Origin: Rhina ancylostomus
Lineage: Eukaryota
Length of the DNA stretch: 64,000 nt
NCBI GenBank assembly: GCA_030265395.1
Contig: JARFYF010000050.1
Location: 29,913,632-29,977,631 of the forward strand
Reading direction: 5' to 3'
Positions 11,151 through 24,745 of the stretch are shown in pieces. A program made the position numbers and the translations under genes. The notes under the pieces were generated by a model that saw only the letters and a program-made list of their open reading frames with translations, did not search any database and was not told the origin of the DNA. Within the stretch, counting starts at the first letter, position 1; the number at the start of each line of letters is the position of its first letter.

Positions 11151-14100
11151 AAAGATGCTCCATTTCGAATTCTGTACCAAAAATGTCTCTCATCAATGGG
11201 AACAGGTTCCCTCGCATAGTACGGGTATTTCAAACAAAATGTCGATAAAATTTATTTAACTTGAATAACTCACGTTTGCAGCCATTTCTTGGTTAAATCA
11301 TGGGAATAGTGAACTTTGACTGAGCTGACACCATTCTTCACACATTGCTCTTTTTTGGAGCACACTAGTTATAAGACACTCCATGAAAACGTGGTGGGAA
11401 TTGGACAACAGTTCCCTGGGAGAACAGAAGCCAAAGAAAATATTGAACTAAGTTATTAAATTGCTGGTGATTCATCCCACACTGAAAGACCTCTCTGATG
11501 GCCCCAATCTGTGACCCACCCCAATGATCCATCTAAATGTAGACACTTCCAACCTGATGATAGCAGTGTTCCAGATCCATGTTACAACATCATTGTCATA
11601 ATATAACTATTATTCACTCAGTTCTGATACAAAGCACATATTTGCTGAGTAATGCATTATCGCAGGCAACAGCATTTATAGGAATGGTTCACAGAGCTCT
11701 AAAGTGATACTATTATGAGTTTCTACTTGTGTTTAGAAAATGGAGAAAGGACTAGACTATTGAAATTAACATATATCAAACTGCCTTGTTTATTTGATTG
11801 GATTAAAAAGAACATTTGGCACAGTAATCTGATCTCGAGCATGATGTTAATAACAAGGGAGGAGGATGGCATTCTCTCATTCATTCAAAGAATGTCCAAT
11901 CAATCAGTTTACAAGTTTTGAGGGGAATAATGCTCCTGAGAAGTAATTTGCAAAGAACAATTTAAAAGCAAGCCTGAAAGGAAAAGGAATTGACAATATC
12001 TCTTCTGAGATAGGAGGTAGTCTTTGTTTATCTAGTTAAACAACAGTCTCAAGTGGTCTCTAATGGATCTCCTAATGGCAAAAGTCCACTTTAGCAATGT
12101 GTTAGATAAGTTGCAGAAATTGGGTCTTCACTGAATGGAGTATAGAACAACATTCTTCTTCCACATGTAAGTTTCAACATCTCATGGCAAGATGCAAAAT
12201 GTTCAGTACCACATTGGACTAAACAGTACAAGGTGGATCAAAACTGTGCTCTTGTGCAGTTTACCTCACTCCTTTAGGCAAAAGTGACTTTTTAAGTTAA
12301 TTAATATTTCCCGAAAGGAGCAAGTATAATTTCTAGAACCCCCTTGTCTAACTTTCTTGTAATGAAACTGACAGCTGCACTGGTAGATATATTGGTGTCA
12401 TCTGCCTGCAGATGGTACATGGTATGCAAAGACCCAAATATTTCATTCTTTAACAAAAACAAGGATGGAAACTAAAGGTTATGTTACCAGATTACAATGG
12501 CCAACATGCTGTGAGTCCTCAATACAGGTTATGTATGCAGATACCTATCTGTAATTTTATATATAGCTGAGAGACATCTATCATCTTTCAGCACGCAGGC
12601 ACAAGATGTCACATTTCATTTAGGACGTAAAACAATCCTTTTTTTTAAAGGAAGATGATAAACTAGCCTTAGGCTGGCAGTCAAGAATCTTTCTAAGACC
12701 CCCTCAGTTTGCAGCAAAGTTCAGTTATCTGGAACCAACCATCTGCACACCCACCAGGAAATTTAACAAATAAATAAAATGCAGCAATCCTTTTCTTTAA
12801 CCTCTGATTACAAAGTCTCTTGGTTGTTCCTGCATTGCAAATATCTGGAATTCTGTTTTGTTTGCCTTGCAGTATTGTGTTCTTGTTTTACAGTGACTAT
12901 TTATGATATTTCTAGGTATCAGGGTCATTCAGAAAAATTTCTAGGAAACTACCCTTTAAATTGTTCTTAATCTGAGACTGACAGACAAGACTTAGGTTAT
13001 CTGCAAGATGCACAATGGAGTTGCTGCTCTTCGTAAGATCAGTTTCCATCAGAGAACTTGTGTGCTGGAGAATGAATGTGTGCTTAAGTCCAGAAGGGAA
13101 CACATGTCAAAACTCAGTAACATGTTGCAGTTGCTTTGATGTAGTGTCTCATTCTTGTCCTGATTCTTGTTTACTTTGGTAAATTTAATTAGAATGATAA
13201 AGGTTATAACAGTAAAAACGAAAGCTTGTAAAAAGATCAAAATTTTCACGGAATCTAAACAAGATTTTACTAGAATTTTGTAGTATGTTTATAAAATCCT
13301 GTCTGCAGATTTAATTTTTGATTAGTTTATACTACACCTAGGACGAGAAAAGGGGACATTGTCTGTAGAATGTGCTGACTTGTATTTTAGTCTGTGCCTT
13401 ATACATAAGAGAGTTCCACTAGTTTACATTAAAATGGATTAATTTATTTTTTCTGTCTTACTTGCTCTGCTGTACGATATGTCATTAAGTTTTGAAGTGC
13501 GAAGCTGAAACATCAGTATAAAAATGAATTTGTGGATTAAGCACTGTGGCCTATAATGCAAACACTGTCAGTTCTTTGAACATTGACATGTTATTCCAGT
13601 CGGCAAAATATCTTTATAAGGCTTGTTACAAGGCTTGTTCCATCTTAGTCTTTTGTTACCTGAAACTTATTAAAAACATCATTCAATGCTTGCAATAACT
13701 GAGGGTTAAGCATTGAAGCACAACTTTGGGAGATCCCCTATGGAAATTCAACTGCCATTTATCATTATGAATTATAACTTTGATGGAAGATCTAAGGACA
13801 ACCTGGGGAAATGGCATAAATGGAGTTTACATCCTTTCTGCCAATCTTCTGCCAGAGTTATAGCTCAGACCCTAGATTCTTCTTAAGAGGAACTCAGCCC
13901 CTATTCTTTTCAGGAATCTGCCAGTTACACCCAGTTAGTCAGCATCCACAGAAGAAAATAAAGATGTTTATTGAGATGTGACACTTCATTCACACCTCAG
14001 AGTTCAATTGGATCCCTGGTTTGTCTGCTTTCAATGAACATTTTCTGGTTTTGGATTGAATCTCTCTCTGATTTAACATCACGGTTGAAATAGTTTTGAA

Positions 14101-15324
14101 AGAGGGTACAAATAAGTTGCCAATTATTGAAATGGTTCCCTAAACCCATCCTTCCGTTGTAGGATTCAGAGTCTGAAAACAAAATACATTTGGTGTCCAA
14201 ACTGTGCATGCATAAAGCTAGATAGGGTGCTAAAGGTTAATAGTGAACTGCAATACTAATTCAAATTGATTGATTCTCCAAAGATTTCACGTTTCTTGAA
14301 CACTAATATTAAATTACTAAACTCATTGCCATTTATCATTATTTAATGCACATATAATTAAGTTTGCTTCTCAATTGCTGTGGTTATTCAGACTGTTGGT
14401 GGAACAGTCTGGCATAAGTAAAACAGCAGTGACAACAGTCTAAAAGTTGAAGGTACCCAGGGACTAAGGTAATGTTTGTTCCAGCTTTCTTCTACTTCCA
14501 GAAGCTTACATGGCAAAATGCAGTGCAAAATATGTTACAAAATCAAAAACAGAATGATTTAACAAAAATAGCAGATGGTGCATATAGTGTCATAAAATCT
14601 ACATCTGAACTCCCACAAACATCAGTAAAATCATTGGTGATGTTTTTCAGCAGTGCTTGCTTCTGTAATTGGCTAGGTCTGTTTTCCTTTTACCACATGC
14701 ATAGGGTTACCATTCTTTGGGTTTATGCTTCCTATAGAGCCACTGAAAGAGCTGAAGTTGCAAGATAATCTGCAGAACTCAGAGAACAGTTTGGACTGCC
14801 AAATACTGATAATCTGACCAGTTCTTTTCAATATAGAGGCTTAGTACTTTGACAAATAGTGTTGGCAACTGTTTAAAACAAAACATTTTTATTGCACAAA
14901 TAAACATTTTAAGGAATGTACAAATATATTCTGTTTTAAAAAGTTGTTTCTTGCAACTTCTAAAAATGTCTTACATTTTGTTAATCCTAAATACAATTGC
15001 AACACAAACATGGGGGCTAGTTGTCTCAGGAAGCTTTCTCATGAAGAGGCTGGCTGAAGTTTGTGAGTTAGTTTGATTCACTTTCTCATGCCCACCAGCT
15101 GCCAGTGACACTTGCATTGGGAGAGAGTTGGCAGTCACCGTCTTCCCTGGATAGTTGGCTATAGAATATTCGGATTGCAAGGCAGGGAGAAGTTGAGAAC
15201 AGAAGGAAAAGAATAAAAGGCCCAATAATGATTATATAGCATAATTATGATTGAAATCCGGTTGCATTGCATGGTTCTTCCTGTATCTGCAACAAAGCTT
15301 GCAGTTTTTCTCAACAATATAACT

Positions 15325-15680
15325 ACTTGGGAAATAGAAGCAGGAGTAGAACGTTTGGGCCCATGCATCTCTCCCAACATTCAGTAAGATCATAACAGAT
15401 CTTTTACCTCAACACAACCTTTCTGCATATGCTTATGTTGAGACTTTGAACCCTAGTTGTAGACATCCCAGCTACTGGAAATATCATCACTGTATCTTCT
15501 ATGTCAAGCTCTGTGATAATTTTGTTTGTTTTGATTAGATTAAATTTCATTCTTCTCAACTTGAAAGTCTGTTAGCCTCCCATCATTGGACAAACTTGCC
15601 ATCTCAGAAATCAAACTTTTGGTGCACACTCTCTCTGTCACAAAAATATCCTTCCTGAGATCAGTTACCAAACCTGAGCA
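15325..15680 (-). mobile_element. CR1 3' end (old)
   Basis: aaatagaagcaggagtag...cattcagtaagatcat is the reverse complement of the CR1 tail at 56170-56250. Confidence 0.65.
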
Positions 15681-15769
15681 CCTGGCCCCTGTACAGTTTC
15701 ACCTTCTGGGTCTTTCTCGCACTCCTGACTTGTGCTTTTCCACTTGTTGTGGGAGTCTTCCTCACTTCC

Positions 15770-15970
15770 ACAACAAGTGACTTATCCACTACCTACCCAA
15801 AACCTTTCCGCTATCTGCAAAGCACGTCAGGAGTCTGCTGGAATTCTTTCCACATATCTGGATGAGAGCAACACCGTCAAGGACAAAGAATTCCACTTGA
15901 CTGGTACTCTATACATTACCATGGGCACCCAATGGCTGCATCGTGTGTTATCAACAAAATGCACAACAAT
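15770..15970 (+). mobile_element. Old LINE fragment, same family as 1995-2530
   Basis: tatctgcaaagcacgtcaggagt...caacaccgtcaaggacaaag parallels 2045-2160. Confidence 0.55.
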
Positions 15971-17544
15971 TAGTCTTTATTGTTGGCAAGATGAGTATCT
16001 CTCGTACCATTCTTGGCACAAAAGAAATTCTCAGCCAATATCTCCTGTTTGATTTTTTTATTTAAGGATCTATAAGGTTAAAGGCTATACATTTGTCCAA
16101 ACAACCATTATGCAAAAAGTACCAGCAACTTGCATGGTTTGGTTCTCAGATGAAATGCCCATCGAAAGGAAGCAAAACAGCATTCAGCTTGGTAAAACAG
16201 TTCATTTAACAACCATTATGATTCAAATTATTTGGAAATCTTAGCTATCTTTTTTATATCTTTATCAACTTTCTTTTATACAAAACAATCAGAATAAAGA
16301 ACATGATTCCTTTGAATATCGTGTAAAACAATGTGCTGACTCTACCAATCTGATGCCAACACTAATGCCAGGAATTATCCACACAACTCCGCTAGACTCT
16401 TGGGGACCAGTGCTGGTGTGGTCCTTAAGCCAGAAGCAAGATCCTACACAATGTCACCTTCCTCTGCACTGCTCCAGTAGACTCCTCATAGAGTCCAATG
16501 GGTCAGCACAAAGTTCTTCAGATTTCCCTGCTCTGAGGCTGGGAAATCTGCCTACTGACCCAGTGCTAGGTTACACCCAGGTTACTGCAGACTGTACTGG
16601 GAGAAACAGCATGCCCAAAGTGCAGGTTGATTGTGATCATCGGGTAACAGATTTGCCCCAGTATAATTTTCATTGCTGGTTAATAAACTATCCACAAAAC
16701 TACCATTGACAACTCATGATGCAGAATTACACAATCAGACTATATTGTTGCTTCCCGATAATTGAACATTTGCACTCATCTGATTTCTTTCCAGATGTTA
16801 TATAGTTGGAATTGCAGAAACAATCTGTAAAATTGCCTAATTTCTGTCATTCCAGCTATTTACCAAGAGTAACAACACCACAAAATAGTTTACATTTTTA
16901 GACATTTTTCTGGGCTAATATATATTGTGAATAATACTTTCAACAATATTTAATTGCAGCTTTCTGTCAAGTGAACAGACTGTGGCAAACAGGACCACAC
17001 AGCAACAGATTGCTACAATGCGCAGAAACACTAGAGCAAGATTTTTTTAGGCATAATATTTCTGAAGATTGTTTCCGCAGATTGATTCCTTGCGGTAAAT
17101 ACACCTGACTCCACTCCACTTTCCTCTGTCTGGACTCCTGGACTGTTTTGTTCCTATTTGGCTCATGTGGTCACAAAATAAATTAAAAGCAGATGGATTA
17201 GTCCCAGTTTGAAAGAAACTAAATGTGTTGAAATGAAATGATCCTAATGGACAAGGCTGGCTTATACTTAAAATGTGCTGAGTGTTTACATTCTCATCTT
17301 TCATCTTGAGCATAACCACTGAATGCTGTTTTCCACCAAATTACCCTGTAACTCACTCCAAGGGAATTAAAAAAAAATACACGTCTAATTGATAAACTCG
17401 GAAAGTGATCAATAGTATGATCACTAGAAAAAATATCTCCAGTTGAACTTGTTGGGTAAACATGTATTATATCTGGCAGGTGTTCTCTTTCCTCTCTGCC
17501 TGCTCTGTGAGCATGCTGTACAAATTTATATGGTTGTCGGAGAC

Positions 17545-17870
17545 AGAAGAGACTGCAGATGCTGGAATCTGGAGCAATAAACAATCTGCTGGAGGAACTC
17601 AGCAGATCGAGCAGTGTCTGTGGGAGGAAGGGAATTGTCGATCTTTCAGGTTGAAACCCTGCAACTGGACTGAGTGTGGAGAGGGCATTCCTGGCACTCC
17701 TTTATACCCGCACTCCTGCCTCACCACTGCCCTTCTCCTCTTTATACTGGTCATCACCCCTCTCCACTCTCAGCCCTGATGCAGGGTTTCAACTCGAAAC
17801 ATTCACAATTCCTTTCCAACCACAGTTGCTGATCAACCTGTTGAATTCCTCCAGTAGGTTGTTTGTTGCT
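17545..17870. mobile_element. Penelope-derived fold-back element, two inverted hammerhead-like motifs
   Basis: About 115-bp imperfect inverted arms 17572-17686 and 17758-17870. Motif CTGATGC-AGGG...CTC-GAAAC at 17776-17800, mirror copy at 17637-17670. Confidence 0.75.
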
Positions 17871-18319
17871 TTACATGATTGTTGTTTTGTAGTGATGCCA
17901 CAGTCACATTGGTCACACCTGATAATCATCTGAAATTACAGTTGGCCAAATTCAGTAACCTAAGCACTAATCTTTAAAGGCAATGCTAGTGTGAAATTAC
18001 AATGCACACTGTGGATCATTAGCAACCCACCCTTGCAATACATCCCTCCTGCAACACTGCTCTTGAACCAACCTAGGTAATGCAGGTTTCCTTCATTTGC
18101 CCTGCTGAGAGTTATTGGAGGGATGCTGAGGTTGGGCAGATGGCACCAGCAATGACAGCAGGAGCTGACAACACAGCTCTTTCTCTTATTTAAAGTATGG
18201 AGCTCAATTCCTACCTGAGGGTGAGCATTTTGTGTGACGACACAGAAAGCTGACTGGGAGCTTGTTATATGTAATACAAATTCAGTAAAACCCATCCATT
18301 GTAACCTGAACCTAATTTA

Positions 18320-18840
18320 TGTTCTTTGAGGATAGGGAAGCACGAGAATACAAAAGAGGAGAATCATACACTGATCTGCGCAACTCTAGGTAGACCGCCT
18401 TTGAAGGATTGTGAGCAGATTCAAGCACCACACTGTAGGAAGGATATATCAACTTAGGAGAAGTGTAGATTTACCAGATTGACCCTGGTCTCCAAGGGTT
18501 GCACTACCATTTAGCTTACAAGATTTCTATTTCCGGGAATTTCAATAAGTAAGGATTGACTTAATTCAAGTTTTAAAGATTGAAAGGGCAACTAATACAG
18601 CTGCTGAAATAAAGACATTTCTGCTGTTTGAGAGTCTAAAACTAGGGCATCTTCAAGCCAGATCCTACAGGAGAGACTAGGATACAATTTTATGTAGAAA
18701 CCCAATGGTATTCGAAATTTGCAACTCTCTTTTGCAAACAATTGATGCTAAATCAATTCAATTCTTAGTTTTAAATCCGAGTTAGAAGTTTTGTTAATCA
18801 AAAGAATTAAGTGATCTTGGATAAAAATAAAGATATAAGG
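18320..18840 (+). mobile_element. Highly degenerate CR1 fragment
   Basis: caccacactgtaggaaggatatat...agatttaccaga and related CR1 ORF2 remnants. Confidence 0.6.
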
Positions 18841-19099
18841 AATTTGCTTACAAATTGCTCATAAGTGCTAGGCTACATAACCAACACAGCCACTCACCCA
18901 ATTTCAGAGCTAGGTCGTAATTGTCCTTCGGTTTCATGAACTTGACATTTAACTAACACTCACTTTTGTGATAAGTGATCATAAGGATCAAAAAAATCCC
19001 AAGTTTAATTGCATCATTTGAACTGCATCGGCAAATCTCAAGCAAGTTAACATTTGGGTTGTATGGTATTGTGCGGGATTTCATTTTCACACAACAACT

Positions 19100-19300
19100 T
19101 GTATTCCTGTCTGCGTGGGTTTCCTCCGGGTGCTCCGGTTTCCTCCCACTTTCCAAAGACATACAGGTCAGGAAGTTGTGGGCATGCTATGTTGGCACCA
19201 GAAGCATAGAGACATTTGCAGGCTGCCCCCAGAACACTTAGGCAAAAGATGCATTTCACTGTGTGTTTCAATCTACATGTGACTAATAAAGATATCTTAT
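19100..19300 (+). mobile_element. V-SINE with Rex1-like tail (5' truncated)
   Basis: tgcgtgggtttcctccgggtgctccggtttcctcccac...acatgtgactaataaagatatcttat. Confidence 0.88.
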
Positions 19301-19304
19301 TTAT

Positions 19305-20800
19305 GCAACCCCTTTAACAGAGAAAAATCTTCCAGGTCACTTCTTGTGAGCACCATGAAAGAATTTGATATTAAGTTATTTAAGGGGAATATTTGGACAA
19401 ATGACCAACAGTTTGCTCAGTGACAGGTCTTAAGGAGCATCTTAAAGAGGATAGATAGGCAGAAAAACTTGAAGGGAGAATTCCAAAGCTTATGGCCCAG
19501 GCTTCTGGCAATGTGGTGAACAATGGTTGTGGGGTTAAATGTGCAGGTGATCAAAATGACAGAATTGTAAGTGAGCTGGTAACTCAAGAAAGTTGTTGGC
19601 AGGAGAAGATGACAGATATAGGAAGAGGTGGAGGGAATTGTAAACATGGATGAAGTGGTTGAAGTTAAGGTATGGCAGTGTTGGTCAACGAGCAGCAGGT
19701 TGGTGGGGAAACAACATTTAGAGTGAATTAAAATGAGGGGAGCAGACTTTAAGGTGACTTCAAGTTTATCATTGGTAATCCACTGGAGTGCATGAGATGA
19801 CTTGAGAAAGGAGTAGTTCTGGAGTGTTGTTTGACCACTGATACAGGTAATCCGACATTGGTTGCAACCTATCCAGATTAATTTTCAAACAGTTCTCAGG
19901 GAGAGACACCAAGTTGGTGATTAGAGTATGGAGTTTATGGTAGAGACTGAAAATGAAGTCTTCTGGAATTCAATTGGAGGAAACTTCATTTCATTTGGTA
20001 CCTGATGTCACCTTAGCTGTCCGACAATTTAGTGAGAATGGAAGGTTTAAGAGTAGAGGTTCCATCATTAATGTGGAAACCAACACTGTTTATGGCTCAC
20101 ATTCTTGAGGTCTAACATGCAGTTAAGAGATCAGAGGGGGCAAAGATAGATCATTGTGGGACACCAGTGTGGGACGAGAAAAAGATTCCAAGGTACTGAC
20201 TCTTGCTATGACTTGATTGATGAGAATGAGGTGTATTAAGTGATGTCCTAGCTAACTGGACTGTGGTGGAGAGTTATTAGAAAAGGATGGTGTAGGTCAA
20301 AGGCTATAGATAAGTAATCCTGACCTGCTCTCCTCCTCAAGCTTTTTCCACAGGCTTATAAGGTGTCACTAATGTATACAAGAAGAGCTGTTTGGTCCTG
20401 TGACTGGGTCAGAGAGATTCCAACGTAGTGTTCTTGGGAAGATAATAGGGAAACTGTAGCTTGCTCAGGGACTTTGGAGAAAAAGAGGAAGTGCAAGATG
20501 CAGTGTCAGTTTGCAAAGACAGTGGAGTCAAAGGTTGGTTTAATGAGGAGATGAGTGGGTATAAGGAAGAGTAGAGTACTCCAGGGAGAACAGTTGATGA
20601 TAGCAACTAACTTGGGACCACTGGGAACAGGCCTGTGGGATGAAAATATGGGTCTCAGAGTCAAACACAGCCAGAAATGATATGTGCAGCATTAGGAGAG
20701 TAAATTTGAAAGATTTGATTTTGGAGCAATGTAAGAAGTACTTTAGATGATTGGACAAGAGCATGAGAAATGGAGCTGATTATATAGCCTCAGCTTTAGA
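19305..20800 (-). mobile_element. L2-clade LINE, old
   Basis: gagcatcttaaagagg...gggagaattccaaagcttatggccc (reverse: LWNSP..LFKMLLKT, L2 C-terminus). Purine-rich decayed RT follows. Confidence 0.7.
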
Positions 20801-22329
20801 GGCAAAGAAAGATATACACTTGTTAGGGACAAGGTTGAAGGAGACAGTTCAAAGGGTTACGAAGATTGTTTTCAGCGGCAAAAAGAAAAGCCCATTCTGG
20901 ACAATGCTGGAATAAAAACATAAGAAATAAGAGCAGGCAGATGCAATTTGAGCCCGTAAGCTTGCTCTGCCATCCGATGAGTCCAGCCATCACTGGGTGG
21001 GGTTCTGACATAAAGGGTCCTTTGATGGACTTGCCAATTGTATGAGCCACAGCCCCTTTCAGGATTCTTTAAAAACTGATAGAAAATCATTTTATACACC
21101 AGTTTAGTCAGTGGAAATAACCCATTTTACACTAAAACACAAAAACTAAGACCTGTTCCTAAAAGTTGATCTTAAATGGGTTAATATCTGAACTGAAAGG
21201 CACACAGACCATATGAATATACAGGCTTTAATTAGTTAGGTGATAATGGCGCCAGTTTTGTGCATCTCAATAATTTTCACTTCTTTGATGCTCATTTAAA
21301 CATCTATGGTACTATTGAAACCTCTATCTTTTTTTATTCTGGACTTTATACAAGGAAGGTACAAAGCATCAATTACTACAAAAATTAATGCCCTGGGCAT
21401 TTTGAGCAGCTTTGAAACAACTGGAATGCAGTACTTCATAAATATCTTTGTAGTGGGTTGTTTAGTAAAATGAGAAAAGGAATTTCAGATCCAGAATTTC
21501 AGAGTTAAATCTTTTAATTATTTGGCTGTAATAATTGTTTACACCAATCAAGAGATTATTTGGCAAACTCACTTCATTTAAATGGTCTCCTTTGGAATGG
21601 TTTAAGAAACTGCTGCTGCTGTCCTTCCCCCCCCACCCCCCCAGCTCAATTCTATTTAAATTTAATGGCATTACTAAAAACTATTTGTGAGAACTTTTTT
21701 TGTTGTAGTTTGGAAGCCATTGAATAACAGGTTTTACAGAGCTCTGGTGAATACCCATACTCTGACCTGCCTCATGCTCAGCTACTCTGCTTGTACAGAA
21801 TGGGGAGGGACAGGCTGGAGTACATACATGTGTGGGTGAAGCAGCTAAAGTAATACAGATGTTCAACTCCTCTGGTACAGTCTCCAGTTGTGCTCCCTCC
21901 CAGCTGAATGCCCTTTTAGAAGAATATGCCATTGGAAGAGAGAGAACAATTGAATTAGTCAGTAAATCAAACATTTCCCAGCAAAGAATTCATGAGAGGC
22001 TTGTGGCCAACATGGGTGATTTTGAGTCAATGAGACGTATTTGAAAGGTATTTAAGAAACCATGGTATTCGGAAACATTTTTTTTCCGAATTCCGCAATC
22101 CTTTGTTCCCAATAGTCATGCAAATCAAGACCGCAGATCAGCTACAGAATGGAAACAACAACTTTTATTGGACGCTGACTCTAATGGCAAAAGAATCATA
22201 AAGAATGGACGTTAGATCCTGGAGAAGAGAGCAGAATGAATAAAGCCTCTGTGGAAACTGTGGGTCTTCAAAGGAGGAGACAAAATCAAGGGGATTTAGG
22301 GTGGAAAGACCAGAATAGAAGCAGATGAA

Positions 22330-22505
22330 GAGTAAAAGCAGAAAATGCTGGAAACACCAGCAGATCAGGCAACATCTGTGGAATGAGAAAGAGAGCTAGG
22401 TTAAAAACCCTGCATCTGAAATCATTTAATAGATGCTGCCTGACCTGCTAAGTGTTTCCAGTATTTTCTGTTTTCACTTAAGATTTCCAATTTTTCAGCA
22501 ATTTT
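22330..22505. mobile_element. Penelope-derived fold-back element
   Basis: cagaaaatgctggaaacac..cagcagatcaggcaacatct / agatgctgcctgacctgctaagtgtttccagtattttctg. Confidence 0.75.
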
Positions 22506-22807
22506 TTAAAAATTCTATTTATGGCAGGTGAAGGGATCTTATAAATGGTGGACTACACAAAATGCACAGGGTGAAGGAAGTTATAGAGACTGGGTGGAAT
22601 AAGCCAGGGGAGGGGATATGAAGACATGATGTAGATTTCAAATGTAATACCTTGGTAAGGATGATACCTTGGTGAGAGCATCTGGGATTAGTGTGGGACA
22701 TAAGACAGGAGGCTTAATTTTAGACAAATAACAATGATTCTCCAACAAGAGTGACTTTGAAATGTATTTAATGTCTTGGCAGCATAGGTTAATTTGTCAG
22801 TCTAATA

Positions 22808-23103
22808 GGGCAGGCATGGTAGTGTAGCGGTTATTGTAATGCTGTTACAGTGCCAGTGAGCCAGGTTCAATNNNNNNNNNNNNNNNNNNNNNNNNNNNNN
22901 NNNNNNNNNNNNNNNNNNNNNNNNNNNNNNNNNNNNNNNNNNNNNNNNNNNNNNNNNNNNNNNNNNNNNNNNNNNNNNNNNGGCACCAGAAGCATGGCAA
23001 CACTTGCAGGCTGCCCCCAGAACACTCTACGGAAAAGGTGCATTTCACAGTGTGCACACATTGCACAGATGTACATGTGACTACTAAAGATATCTTATCT
23101 TAT
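22808..23103 (+). mobile_element. Full-length V-SINE with Rex1-like tail, centre N-masked
   Basis: tRNA head (A box tggtagtgtagcgg, B box ggttcaat) and tail tactaaagatatcttatctta. Confidence 0.88.
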
Positions 23104-24539
23104 GCTAATTTCTTCAATCAAACACCCTTAGCAAAGAACAAAACCAAATAGAATGTTGGCCAGATCGTTACATGTAAAGTCCACAGTTTTACATCCACTT
23201 AGCTGATCCAATTAGCTGATGGCACACCCAGGAAGAGTGAGTTCTTGATCAGCACTCCCATTACATACCGCTGCCTGGTAAGGTGGAATCAGCAGAAAAA
23301 AAGTCTTCATCTAATCAATAGCATTGTTTTAAGAATAAAGCGTGGCCTCGAATGAAATAAGAGGTATTTAAAAAATAAATAGCTTTAAATAGATACAACT
23401 CCATAGCATCGCAGTTAGGTCATTAGAAGTGTTTTAAAAAGCCCTGTAGTTGCAATGGCTTCCATGAGCTAGAAAATGAAAGCTTTTCTTAAATTTATGT
23501 GGCATTTCTATAGTCATGTAGAAGAGCATAAGATACTGATTTTTGGTTTAGTATACTTGCTGTTGAATAGATAGGCAATCCGATCATCTCCTTCAAAGAT
23601 CAGTCAAGAATTTTGCCCAATTCCAGCTACATATGTTTACTGGTTTGATCCTCTGATGTTAATTGAAACACACTAAAACTTCACCTGTTCCACAGTTGCA
23701 ATATGAGGATCAAGATTCCTGGCTGATCATTGGATTCTACAGTATTGTTTGGGGGAGAATATCTGCTGCAGCTTCTCGAAATTCCACTTCATTTAACTTT
23801 ATTGGAGGATTCATAGAAATCTCCCAGAATCAGTGTAAGCGGTCATTTTGTGCCATTTTACTGGGGATCAGTCAAAATCCAGTGGACCAGAGAACCCTCC
23901 CCCACCCCCCTTAGAAATTCTAGGTTTGAATGTTTGAACTCGGTTAGACAGATAGATTTTATACATAATGAAGCAACCCTCAATTTTATTGTTCCTGTCT
24001 AATGCTAAAGTTCTTCACTTCAAATGGATGTTATTTNNNNNNNNNNNNNNNNNNNNNNNNNNNNNNNNNNNNNNNNNNNNNNNNNNNNNNNNNNNNNNNN
24101 NNNNNNNNNNNNNNNNNNNNNNNNNNNNNNNNNNNNNNNNNNNNNNNNNNNNNNNNNNNNNNNNNNNNNNNNNNNNNNNNNNNNNNNNNNNNNNNNNNNN
24201 NNNNNNNNNNNNNNNNNNNNNNNNNNNNNNNNNNNNNNNNNNNNNNNNNNNNNNNNNNNNNNNNNNNNNNNNNNNNNNNNNNNNNNNNNNNNNNNNNNNN
24301 NNNNNNNNNNNNNNNNNNNNNNNNNNNNNNNNNNNNNNNNNNNNNNNNNNNNNNNNNNNNNNNNNNNNNNNNNNNNNNNNNNNNNNNNNNNNNNNNNNNN
24401 NNNNNNNNNNNNNNNNNNNNNNNNNNNNNNNNNNNNNNNNNNNNNNNNNNNNNNNNNNNNNNNNNNNNNNNNNNNNNNNNCTTGTTGCCCTTGTCTTTCT
24501 TACTTCAATCTTTTAGATGGTGAAAAGCATTTGGAGTGT

Positions 24540-24745
24540 CAGGAGTAGAATCATTCCCCGGAGAATCCAAGCCTCTGACCTGCTCATGTAGCCACAAAAT
24601 TTATATTGATGATTCAGCTGAGCTTCTGGTCAGTGATGATCCCAAGATATGAATGGTGCTGGATTCAGCGATCTTAATGCCATTGGAAGTCAGACTATAT
24701 TTGGTGATGGCCACATCTATGGCGCGAATGTTACTTGCAACTCGA
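24540..24745 (-). mobile_element. Old LINE fragment (same group as 1995-2530)
   Basis: cctctgacctgctcatgtagccaca is the reverse complement of the start of the 1995 element. Confidence 0.5.

Noticed and set aside
17572-17870. Hairpins as miRNA precursors
   Set aside because: The arms are multi-copy transposon sequence and no known miRNA is recognisable.
22808-22871. tRNA-like sequences (also 1118, 7293, 26040, 59295)
   Set aside because: A/B boxes run straight into SINE bodies with no complete cloverleaf, so these are SINE heads and not tRNA genes.
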